Shown here: piece after piece, positions 28,570 to 40,002 of the stretch
How the letters are laid out: every line of letters begins with the position of its first letter
Numbering within the stretch: position 1 is the stretch's first letter
From: Blasia pusilla
Taxonomy: Eukaryota
Direction of reading: 5' to 3'
Assembly (NCBI GenBank): GCA_050084515.1
Contig: CM114271.1
Coordinates: 31,558,001-31,622,000, forward strand
DNA: 64,000 nt
Program-made: the position numbers and the translations under genes
The notes under the pieces: model-generated
Databases searched by the model: none
Told to the model about the DNA's origin: nothing
Seen by the model: the letters and a program-made list of their open reading frames with translations, nothing else

Positions 28570-29500
28570 CTGAAGATCCATATCAAGCAGTTCAGGTCCA
28601 TTTCCTGACCCAACACATGGCGTCGTGATGCCTCTAATACTGAGGGTACCGCCGTCACTCATGTGGGAAATCCCATTGCCCGCTCTCTCTTGTCGGCGTT
28701 GGGCTCCACCAACCTCTAAACCTTTGTACCTGGTCATCCTTGTATGCATAGGAAGCGGGAAAACTCACAAACATGGGAAAGGCTGCCCGCGGCTTGCCTA
28801 CCCTGTAGACCACAGTCAACGGTGGTCGATCATCGTGCCTCACTGCCTGTGAGCGACGACTTGGATCCAGAATGGAATCCACTAACAAATGGGAGGGGCG
28901 CTCCACTCTTGCATACGCCCTCCGTAACATCGCATGGGGCACCAAGTTGGTCCACCATAGACGCGGGCGATGGGCTCTAGAATCTACACTCGCCGCATCC
29001 AAGAACATTACAGGGCTGATCCATGCACGCACCTGATGAGCACTTGTCACCACCCGTGACCTGGAGTCTCCTAAGATCAGTACATTCTCCAGAATGTAGG
29101 CTGGAGAACGAGAATAGTGCTCCTGCAATTGCCGTAAGACCCTCAACATCTCCCAAAATAACCTGGACCGAGTGTCAGCCAACCCGCTGCCTCGTCCAGC
29201 ACTTGATTGGCCTTGACATGGCTAATCGAAAATGACCAAATCAATGGTGCCTAACCGGTCTAAGTCCTGCACCCCCAACAACAAAATATCCCTCGGTAGG
29301 GAACTCTGGTACCCCTGTACCGCGGACGCAGAAAATAAGTCGGGAAAATATAGGCGTAAGTGCGCCACATGTCGTAGTGAGACGCACCTCGTAACATCAT
29401 CACTCTCCACATACAGGTACTGCTGCACTCGCACCCCAACTTGCAAAACAACAGCTAACCCAGTGCTAATCCCTCCAAAGAGATCTAACACTCGAATACC
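28570..29500 (-). pseudogene. DNMT3-like C5-cytosine DNA methyltransferase domain inside pol
   Basis: Motif I IRVLDLFGG; motif II YVESD; motif IV IDLVIFD*PCQG (catalytic Cys codon 29216-29218); motif VI YILENV; motif VIII DAASVDSRAHRPRLWWTN; motifs IX/X RERAMGFP...RRHVLGQEMD. Confidence 0.93.
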
Positions 29501-29869
29501 CTCCTCTGGGATACACCACACAATGGATGTGGTATCCAAGGGTGTTATCGTAGCACTCCCTGCTACCTCGGGTTCCTCAGATCCGTCACGCTCTGTGCAA
29601 ACGCCTTGCTCCACGCGGTCTACACGTGCTCATGTGCCAATCGTCGAAGCTCCTCAATCGAGCTCCTCAGTCGAGCCCCACAACGACACCTCTCCTCCAC
29701 GGAATGATGCGCTACCATAACACTCCTCTCCATAGAAATGTCAGGAACGGGAGTATCCTCTGCATGGACATGTCCCTCAATCAAATCACTAGGCCAAGTG
29801 ATGGCAATGCTAAATGCTACTAAGGTCGCCACCTCTCCTGGCCGTCGCTCGATCACTACACCTGTGAAT

Positions 29870-30260
29870 CAAACTGGTAATGAGCTAAGGCGCCTATCAC
29901 CTGACTGCCATCCAGGTCTGTAGGACGCTGACTCCTCCCAGTAATCCAAGGAAAACCCCATCGGGTATAACACTGCTCCACCAACCAAGACATCGTAGGA
30001 CTCTGCATGAGTCACTATTGCATTGGCTCGCACCACGGACTCATTTGTAGGATGTCCCGGACAAATCCTTACCACGACCTCCTTTCGGGTGATATACTAT
30101 GTGGTACTCGCTCCACCAAGGATGTCTGTATCCAGAATGGACAACGCTCCACATCGGCTCTCGTCAAGCCCAATCCTCTGAATGACGCTTTCCCCAACAT
30201 CAGGGGTTGTGCTCCTAAATCCAACAAGACGCGCTGCGGACTAAAATATCTACCTCGGGA
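29870..30260 (-). pseudogene. Retropepsin-type aspartic protease
   Basis: Manual translation gives PQRVLLDLGAQPLMLG (D-S/T-G-A box with S>L; Asp codon 30219-30221) and a downstream YDVLVGG box. Confidence 0.8.
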
Positions 30261-30699
30261 CTCACCAACTGGAAGACCGCTCCTTGGTTATCCAGCAACA
30301 CAACACCAGGAGAAGCCATGGCACGCTCTATCCCGGGTCTATCGAGCATCTCCGCCATCCTAGCAGCCGCAGCCTGCCATGAATCTGACATGGACGGCCC
30401 GAGTATCCGCTCCAAGGGCAAGTCCATCACCTCCTCTACAATCACCTCTGAACGTGATGAAGGAACTCAAACTCCGCGCTCACATAGTGAAGCGGCCAGC
30501 CGAAAAGCCTCGGTGGGCGTACCCCCCAACGTCATAACATCGGAAGCAGAAAATAAAAGAGTGCGGTACACAACGGTGGCCGCCCCCAACAACGTGCTTG
30601 ACACATGCCCCTCCTGAGCATCAATAATAGGAATCATCGCACTCACTTCTCCCATTGCCCTCCGTGCCTGCACACCAACAACATCACCAACTCTCCAAG

Positions 30700-32485
30700 A
30701 ACTCATCAGGACCCATCGATGGGGTCCTCATCGCCTCGGACAACGTGAAAGACTGAGGAAGCCTAGTCTGTTTCCTCGCTCCCCCTCGCTGTGGATCCAA
30801 CTCTACGGCTGCTCCACGCGTCACAACTGTGGCTGCCTCCATTTGGGCAACCCCGCACATCCAACCAGGATCCTCTTGATCTCTCGCTGCTCCATATGAT
30901 GTCGCTGCTACGGATCCGGCATCGGGTAACCTCAATGCCATAACGGCAATTTGCTCTTGTAGCTGCTGTATCTGAGCAGCCATCCCAGCCTAACGTCCGG
31001 CGTCTCCCTCGGCGCGTCTAGGTGGTGGTACTCTACCTCCTCCATGGGCAGCTTCACCACCGTGTCGGGAAACTCTAGTTCCTCGTCCCCCAACGGCACC
31101 ACCTAGTGCACGATCTCTAGGCCCACCTGGACCGGATACTCGCTCTGGTGCCCTCTCTGGCCCTCGGTCCGGACGTAACTCAGGATGTAAACTTAAACAT
31201 CTGGTGTGTGTATGACCATACCTCTAACAATAGTCACATTGATAACCTCCTAGTGCATGTATGACCATACCTCTAACAATAGTCACATTGATAACCTCCT
31301 GGTGCAGCACCATCTCCTCCTCCATGCTGAAGCACACGTCCATGACCCTAACGAGTGCAATCGCGCTGATGATGGGCTCCACCACATGACCAACAAGTAA
31401 TAGTAGGCGGCTGCTACTGGGCCGCATATGAAGGCACAGGTCTCTGTGGCACGGCCCCTTGGTATCCTCCCTGAGCTCGTGGTGCCACAGTCAACCTATC
31501 TCGAAGTCCACGTTGCTGCACAGGTAGTGCAGGCAATCGTGACTGCTCTCGTCCAGAACCCATGACGGCTACGCTCTCCTCCTCCATGTTGCGCTCAATG
31601 TTCTTGGAGGTCCTTAAAACATCTCTCAACATAGGGGAGGTGTTCATAAGAAGCACCTCTCCCATACCCGTGTCCGCAACGTCCAATCCAGCATCGCGTA
31701 CCATGATTGGATAGCCTGAGCCTCTATCACCCCCTGAGTGACGTTGATCAACCGGCACAAGCGAGTGTAAGCCTCACGCAAACTCTCACCCGGGCGCCTC
31801 TGGAAGTCGTGGATGCTCCGCAACTTCTCCGTCTGTACCCCCTGGTAGCTCGCCCTCAACTGAGCAAAGAACTCAACCACAGGGTTGAACTTGGGACAAA
31901 CCCGACTAGACGGTGCAACTGCTCCCGTGCGAGTGACCCCTCCTAAAATGTCACTACTGGAAGAGGAAGTAGCCTCTCTTGACTCCTCCTCCTCATCTGG
32001 GAACTGCTCTGTCCATGACACATAATGTGGGTCATAGTAGAGCCTCCACGCCTCGATCTCACTTGCATATCTCTGAGAGAACTCATGGTAATCGTCCATG
32101 GGCGCCCCATCTAAATGCTGGAACATACCGTTCCATGCTGTAACGGGTTTAACTCTCTAGAGTTCCTGGCCCGCTGGGAGTCGCACCAACTCCTAAACTC
32201 TGCTATGAAATCGTGCAACTCAATCGTGCCTACTGCACTTGAAAACCTACGCGGTCCTCTAACTCGGTCGTCCATCTCGTGCGCCCAACTGGTAGGACCA
32301 CTCACAATGTGTGGCAATATGCTCACAAACTCCTCTACACGCTCCCCCTCGTCTCAAGACGACACAGAAGGAGATCGAGGTGGTCTCTCACGTGGAGACC
32401 CTCTAAACCTCACACCACTCCGGGTAAACCCTCCAGAGCTACTCTCACGTCCACTACCTCGCCTCTCAAAATCCTGAAAGGACAT
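30700..32485 (-). pseudogene. gag with two zinc knuckles
   Basis: ATG at 32485. Capsid-like FQRRPGESLREAYTRL. Knuckles CWSCGGAHHQRDC (~31355-31395) and CDYC*RYGHTHTRC (~31198-31240). Confidence 0.85.
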
Positions 32486-34153
32486 CGTGATGGCCCTCGT
32501 GCCCCTCTCACACGATCACTCTCAACCTCACGAGTAATCACTCAATCACTCATCCCAAACATGCCGCACTCGATCTACACTCTCCCTCCCCGAGACGTGT
32601 AATGTGCGGCAACAAGCGGCGTGGTGCGGCAAATCGACCAGGCTATCATCTCATCGAAAACCTACCCTCAACTCCAGACATTCCACACAAGTCTATGTCC
32701 CCTAAACCACTTACATGAATGATGCTCTCAGCATCCACACAACCCAATATCCCCAAATAAACTACCCAAATCCCAGAATCCCTCCCGTGTGCAGGGTAAA
32801 GGACCAGAATGGGTAACCTGAAGACATGTCGATGTCGCTCCTCAACAACTGCAAATCACAACCCCAACTCGGTTGTGGAGACAACTCCTCCAATCAGCAA
32901 GTCATACTCCTCCCATACTGACGCTGCTCAAAACTCCTCGATAGACAGTGCGGTTCTAATGGAACGGTGCGGCGTTGCAGGCGACACGGAACAGCTACAA
33001 ACGGCACGGCCCTCGATGGTGGGATGCAGCACTCGGCGGCATACCCTCCCCAATCAACAATAAACCCACACTCTGCTCCACAATGACGGTGCGGCTCCGC
33101 GATCGAGACGGTGCGGTGCGGCCACCAACGGTAAGACGCGGCAATTGGCGGCGTGTTGCGGCTACGGGCATCACGGCACGGTACTCAATCGTCATCGAGC
33201 GGCTACCAATCACAACATAGCAGCATGAAATCAAAACTCAAACACCATAACCAGAGGTCATCTGCCATCACTGGTTGACGATGAAACTTCGATGACGGTG
33301 GCGGCCAAAACAAAGTACGTGGTGGCAACACAAGTCAGAGAATCAACGAACGTCGTGGAAGACCCTCCACTCCGTAATGGCGGCAATGGCAACCAAAGGG
33401 TGGACAACAGCCGAATGCGGCTCTGAGCAACATTGGGCAACAACACCGGCCGACGGTGGCCAGTGGACGGTGATGGTTGCCCATTGATGGTGACGACGGA
33501 CCACTAATGGTGACGGTTGACCATTGATGGTGACGGTTGACCGTTGACTGGTGAAGGTGACTATGACGGCATCAGCTGCCACCGGCGTGGCGGCTGGTTT
33601 AGGGTTTGAACAATTTAACCCTAAAAATCGCCTAACACTGGCAGTTTTTCAAGATTGATCATAACTTTTTATTCGCAACTCCAAATTTAGCTTTATTTGT
33701 TGCACAACCTGCACAGCTTCACGATCTACGACAACTTCAATCAATATTTGGAATTGGACATTCCAGTAAAATTTGACGGGGAATGTCGTGAAGCCCAATG
33801 TCTCTTGCTCCTACACAAAATTTGGCAACGCTTCCGCGCTGATTTCTCCCAAAAAAATGTAAAACCTGTAAAAATACAAATCAGCAAGCTACATGGTGCT
33901 CTCGAGAGCACCGGCATGGGGCAACCCGCCCCCATAATCAATCCCTATCAGAAATTGGGCAACGCTTCCGCGCGCCACTCTTCCACACGAAAAATCGGCA
34001 AATGCAAAGAACAATCAAAGCAGCCCTTGCTCCGGTGAGCACTCCCATGAGCCGCTGAACGGGGAACACGGTCCCCAACTTGCAAAAACAGCGAGTGACC
34101 AGCGAGCTCCCCCATGAAGCTCTCTCACTCTCTCATTCTCTCATTTCTCTCTT

Positions 34154-34669
34154 TGTAAAGTAAGATCCAATCTCTCTCTACACCATCTCACACGATAGCT
34201 CTCAAAAGTGTGCATTCTCTCTCATGTCAAACCAAACCCACTCTCCTAATGAGAGGCTTGGGTTACACTCATAAGGCAAGGGACCATAGCTCCGCCGCCT
34301 CATGCTAAGAGGTTCAACAAAGAGAGAATGAGCTTTCAAGCTCTCTCTCCTTGAGGTATACCCCTCCCCTCTCCCAAGCTCTCTCCATGGTAACCTATTC
34401 TCCCAAGTCATCTCCTTGGCTCTTTGCCTGATATATGAGGTCAAGGACCACTTACCAAAATTAGAAATTCAATCATATATTCAAAATGGTACTTACCTAA
34501 AATAGTAAGTTCCTCAATATGGCTCCAAATGAGCCGAAACGAAGGGGAAACCTGCTCTCTCAGGTTTTGCGGGGCCTCAACAGGTCATCCTCGAGCTCCT
34601 GGGCCTGTCCTCCACTACTCGTGCAGACGTTCTGCTAGATCCCACCAATCTATCCTAACAGTCATGACA
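34154..34669 (-). repeat. 5' terminal repeat (segment B only; starts TGTCATGAC, ends TTTACA)
   Basis: High identity to 24460-24959. Segment A is absent upstream of it. Confidence 0.93.
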
Positions 34670-34770
34670 ATAGATACAGGTCACACAAAACAATCACAAA
34701 GTACATGCAAAACACTTGCACAAGGCACACTCACAAATCATGACTAATTGGTGCCCAACTTTCAAGTTTA

Positions 34771-34820
34771 TGACCCATATTACTTGCAAAGTAATATTAC
34801 TTGCAAAGTAATATGGGTCA
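34771..34820. repeat. 50-bp near-perfect palindrome with an internal tandem duplication
   Basis: TGACCCATATTACTTGCAAAGTAATATTACTTGCAAAGTAATATGGGTCA. Confidence 0.9.
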
Positions 34821-37800
34821 AAAAGGGTCCCAAAAAGTAGTAGGGAAATTACGATAAAATCTAATAGTGGTTCTCAAATAATGAATAAGTCTCCAAATTT
34901 CTAAAATTTCTAGAGTCCGTCTGTCCCCCCCACCAATAGAGAACTTAGCAAGGACTAGATCTCGCCATCCCAAATTTTGAAAAGTGTTATTTGCAAGTGT
35001 CACGAGGTTTTTATAGGGGCATGTAGATGCGTTATTGTAGATTGCCATGCGTGAACTATTTTGTAGTCATTGGGGCTCTATAGAGCCACACTAGAATGAC
35101 AAACGAACTTAAAGTTGTAGTATCCAGCATTTTGACGATGGCTTAAATGGTCGTTGAGTTGATCAAACCCAATTAAACTTTTAAAAGAACTTTTTTAATC
35201 TTGCGAGAAAGTAAAGTCACGTCAAAGCCACGCAGGAAGGTTCTTATCACTTTGGACAGAAGTCTTTAAGTTTCTTTTCTTTAGAATTCCAACGTAAATG
35301 CTACGACGATGATTCCCATAAAATAAACTTCTCTTCATACAATCCAAATATCAGTTAAATTTTTTCCTCAAATAGAAACTTTAACGTAGATCCATCCGTG
35401 CCGAGCAACGAAGGTGAATGCTTTGAACCCTCCATCATGTCTTTTTTGCTGTGACATGTTTCAATAGTCTTCTCCAGAACTTTTGGTTTGGATTCTTGGA
35501 ATAACAGTATTGTGTCTACGCTTTTAACACCGAGCGTACGTACCCATAAAATCTGGCAGATGTGAGGTGATCTAGGGTTGATATACTGTTACTGTATATG
35601 ATTAATGAAAAGTTCCTCAAGCAGACCGATTTGAAGAGTGTGTTGGTACGGGAAAAGTGACACAAGAAATAAAAGAAAAAAGAGTGGAAAGGCTATGCCA
35701 AAAGTGCAGAAACGAGTCACTGGAAAGGAATCTTGACAGATTTTCTATCCCACCCCTACGCGTAAAGAGGAATACAGGAATAAAGGAGGATGCGGGTTTT
35801 GGAAGCCAGACCGCTGGCAGTGCACCATTACAGGAGTGGTGCGATGATGAGGACCGAAAGACATGGAAAGGCAAAATTTTTAACTGTTGGAACGCAACAA
35901 AGATCTGTAGGTGTTTATCCCAACAGCCCTTCCTCTTCGATTTTCGATATCAGATCTAACTTGATTTCCTCTGCCAAACTTTGGAGAAAGATGCTGCTGC
36001 AGGAAAAAGCAGGAGCCCGAAGTTCAACAATTCTTGTGTGCTTCAGCGTGTTATTGAAAAGTGGCGCAAGGTTCAACAATTGCAATTTACACTGCTGCCA
36101 TGTGGAAGGTTACATATAGATCTGTGGGCCCGCCGCGCGCGTGCCAAGATTTGTCTTTTTGAGTCGCTCGATCTATATCGGAGATTGGCTTCATGGATTG
36201 ATGGGCATTATCAAGCATCAAGCGATAGATGAGAAAGGAAATGTCCACTGTATCATCTGAATATATATGCATAAAATTTCTGGCATTGAATTGGCTAGCG
36301 CTACAACAATAGGGAGGTGGAGGAGGGTGCAGATGTGGTCACTCACACATATCGTTGCTGTGGATAGATAAGCATACGCAGAATGGAACTGAACCGCTGG
36401 CCCTAGGGCCTGCAACGTTTATTGCTTCCTTGGGATTGGATGGAGGGGGAGCTTTTGGGCGCGAGTGAGTCAGTTCACGGAACAGATCCGGTCGCTTCGG
36501 CAGATGGTCTCTATTTGTTAGTAGCTAGCCGATGAACAGGAAATCTGATCAGGATGCGTGTACCCCATAGTATGAGACTTCGGTATGGTACCAAACCTTT
36601 CCATCTTGTCTATCGCTAGGTCAGTCAGTAAGCTCGAATCTTCATCCCTTTCGAATCTTACGCAGGCAACCAAGCCAGTAACTGGTCGCATTTACATATA
36701 TACCTGGAGGGAGCCTCTCTCAGAAACCCAGAGGACGCCAAGTCGCCATCAGAGAACATTCCCGGTCTTTGTAACTATCAACGTAGTCCTGGTCCAAAAT
36801 CGTAGATATGCAATCGGATTGAGGCTGCGACAGCGCCCTTTTTTCTCAATCCAATTCTGGGCTATTTAGCTTTACATCCCAGTAACCTTTGCCGTTTGGC
36901 ACCGACTACACAGACTGGTACGATTGATTTGTTGTTAACTTTCAACTCCTGGAAATGACCCTTTTGTCGGCATGCCTAGATTGCCTTCAGTTGGCATATA
37001 TCTAGGTTCCTGCCCAAGTCTGGCTAGCAGCCTTCCAGCACGCTCGGGTAGAAATTAAAGGTGTGCATGTATGGGGAGGCCCGGCGTACAGTAAGAACAA
37101 CACTTGACGAACAGGACCGCTTTTACGCGGTACAAAAAACCGACGGCCTTTCAACTTCTAGGCTTAGAAAGTTGTCTACAGAGTCTACACAAAGGTGGCA
37201 GGCAAGCTTGGAACTTTTCAAAATCGCTCTCTAATGTGCATGGTTACGTATAAACGTACGGAGAAATGTGTCTCCTCTGCATCTACAAGGTTGGAGTCCG
37301 TTGGACACGCCGCGACATTGTGTCGTACGCTATGGATGTATATGTACATGAGTGTTGGCCCTTTCACGTCCATTCGATCCCAATAACCGCACAGGGCACG
37401 ATAGCTCGTAACCTTCCACGCCTCTGCAATGAGCACTGTAGTTCCTCTGATTAGCTGGTAGGCCGTCCTTGGAAACCTCCCGTGTACCTCAGAAATCTTT
37501 CGGCAGCGGGTCCCCGCCATGGCAGTGCTAATAATCGACCACTAGTCACCTGAAATCGTCGGTTGGAATTGAACTTCCTAGCTCCTTTGACAACTTACGT
37601 AGATGCCCACCCCCACCGACCTCTACCAGGACCTGCGATTCTGACTCGGAGCGATTAAACTCTTGGATATAGCTCTTCAGAGTACCTGCCATGGGTTTTA
37701 ATTATTGGCAGGAGGCGAGCTATACAGTGAGTGCATCGGTGGATGAATCTCATTCGAGCAATCCTCGTTGGTGGAAATCGCAAGGACGTCTAACTAGGTT

Positions 37801-39604
37801 TCAGCCGGGCAGTGTGGCGGCATTGGGCTGAGCCCGTTCCCAGCTACGTAGCCCACTCATTGGGGACCACGATCACTGAAGGTGCCACAGCTGAAGGACC
37901 TGCTTTGGCGGCTCATCCAGAATCTCCTTAGACAGGATTGTTGGTTGGAATAAGGAATCCACTTCCTCATCCATGTAGCAGCTGTCTTCAATCGCCGTTG
38001 CCCCAATTCCCTGGATTCACACTTCGGGGTGGCTCTTCTTCAGCTTCCTTTCACGGGCCTATTTGTGCCGGCATTCTTCGTAGAACCGGCCAACAGCCTT
38101 TAAATTTTTCTGATAGCCAGCTGAAAGTTCACGATTTTCCCCGACGCATAATCAGGGGTTTCTTAGTAGACTCTTGAAAGTTTTGCACAGGAATGGCTGA
38201 CTTTCGGAAATTTCCCGGGATGCCTCAAATAACTATCCGAGCCTAGCGTCCTTTGTACCAGCGGGACCTGCGCTGGCAGAGCCTGCTGCTCCAGTTATGC
38301 TCATCGGAAGGAGGGACGGTCCTCTACGAACTCCTCGAGGAGAAAGAAGGGGAGGCCCCCTTGTTTCTCCTCGGGGCCGGTTTTGGCCCTTGGGGGGTTT
38401 TTTCTCTCCCTGATGGGTTTCCCATCCTATTTTCTATTTATTTGTATATTGTAAAAAAATGTCTACGAACTCTACGGGATGACAAGACGGACCTCTGATA
38501 ACTTGGAGCACCCTTGCCATTCAAGGAGGGATCACGATTTGAGTGTCACAAAGGATCGATTGGCTCCACGATATAGTCGAGTCTGAACCACGTGCCGGAA
38601 CAGTACTGCGCACCAGGCGTCACTAGATAGCGACCTACCTAAGGGGCTACAGTGCTTGTATATACACATAGCGTCGCTGCACCTAGCTGCGTCGGGTGGA
38701 CAGGGTCCATCTTCCTTTTTTGTCTTTCGGCTGCCAGTGCCGCCCATCTCTGATTCTTCAAGAGCAATCGGTTCTAACCACACCCCAACCAAAACCGCCC
38801 CTGCCCCAACCAATACTAACAAGAACCTGGAGCATTGTTCCTCTGACTGACATCGGGTCGAGCGGTCGCTCCTTTCACCTTTCTTTCTGATTCAGCTGCC
38901 ACTTACTTTTCCACCCAATCTCCCTTCAGCGTAGACAAAGGGCCTCAGGTTCCCTCGTCTTTTGCTCTACCTTAGATTCTCGCCATTCTTCCTAAATTCA
39001 AATTTCCCAACGAGACCTTGCACTCTCTTGAAAGATTAATGTTACTCAGCTCGTCAACTTAGGTCTAGTTTGTAGATCCTTTCTCACTCCTCCGAACTAA
39101 CTCCGGTATTTACTTTCGTGAGAACTAAAATTTATTCTGAAATTATAGAACAACTATTTATATCTTATAATATTTTCCATGGACGTTATCAAGGAAGTCC
39201 TTTTTTTTAAAAAGAAATGCAGGATCGGAATAGGGTAGGGTGCAGATTAATTTATTTTTTCAAAACAAGAAAATGAGAGTTGTGGAAACAAGGAGTTTTC
39301 AATTCAATTTGGATACCACGACGTGAATAGAGCACACAAGAGAAACTTGAAAGGGCACATTGGAATGGTTCAGATGTACTCTATCCAAAGCTAGGGTGTG
39401 TCTCCTTCCACATCACCGTAGATTGATGTTGCTCCACTTCCCATTGTTGACCCGATCAATCATGGCTAGGATATCCTATGGGTGTCAGCCTCCCCATCAA
39501 AATTGTATGCCAAGATAAAACATCACAATTTATTGGGGCAAGAGTTGCCACACACCCAACCTTCCCACTCTCCCTTGCCCTACTCAGCCAATCATTATAA
39601 TGTA

Positions 39605-40002
39605 AAAGATACTTCTTTCCCTTAGTAGTTGTTGGACGATGAACATATGTCAAATTTCGAGTGGACTTATGCACCCACACACATCCCAACACAAGAGTAG
39701 TTGTAATTTGTAACTTCCATGGTGCCTCCTAAACCTAAGGTGCGACCATATTATGGGCCCAAAAGTTGCCATCACCCAACTTGCCCACTCACCCTCTTTA
39801 ACCAAGAAATATGTGAGGCTCTAGTCCACCTACACATTGCATTTTGGCATACATTGCTTGCATGTATGCTACACAACTTCATAAAGATACTTCTTTTCCT
39901 TAGTAATTGTTGGATGATGAACATATATCAAGTTTCGGGTGGACATGTGCACCCACCCACAGCCCACCGCAAGAGTCATCGTAACTTCCATTGGTGCCTC
40001 CT
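39605..40002 (+). repeat. ~125-bp imperfect direct repeat (39605-39730 and 39883-40002)
   Basis: Both copies run AAAGATACTTCTTT...TGGTGCCTCCT. Confidence 0.85.

Larger units (their letters stand above)
24333..34669 (-). mobile_element. Ty3/Gypsy LTR retrotransposon (copy 2), gag-PR-DNMT-RT-RH-IN-PHD, with split/permuted LTR; decayed
   Basis: Gypsy domain order. TG...CA termini. Repeat B at 34154-34669 and 24460-24959. Repeat A at 24954-25078 and 24333-24458. PPT at 25081-25090. No convincing TSD (GCAG vs ATAG). Confidence 0.95.

Noticed and set aside
28570-29500. Bacterial restriction-modification methylase or stand-alone host DNMT gene
   Set aside because: The domain is intronless, collinear and in-strand within Gypsy pol between PR and RT. 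No restriction enzyme or separate gene structure is visible.
24333-34669. Classification as a DIRS/Ngaro tyrosine-recombinase element because of the split repeats and an MTase
   Set aside because: It encodes an aspartic protease, a DDE integrase and a PPT. No YR motif was seen, and the MTase is C5-type (PCQ/ENV), not the adenine-type MT of DIRS1.
24328-34674. Target-site duplication for the Gypsy element
   Set aside because: Flanks AGCAG and ATAGA match at best 2/4 (GCAG vs ATAG), so no TSD is supportable.
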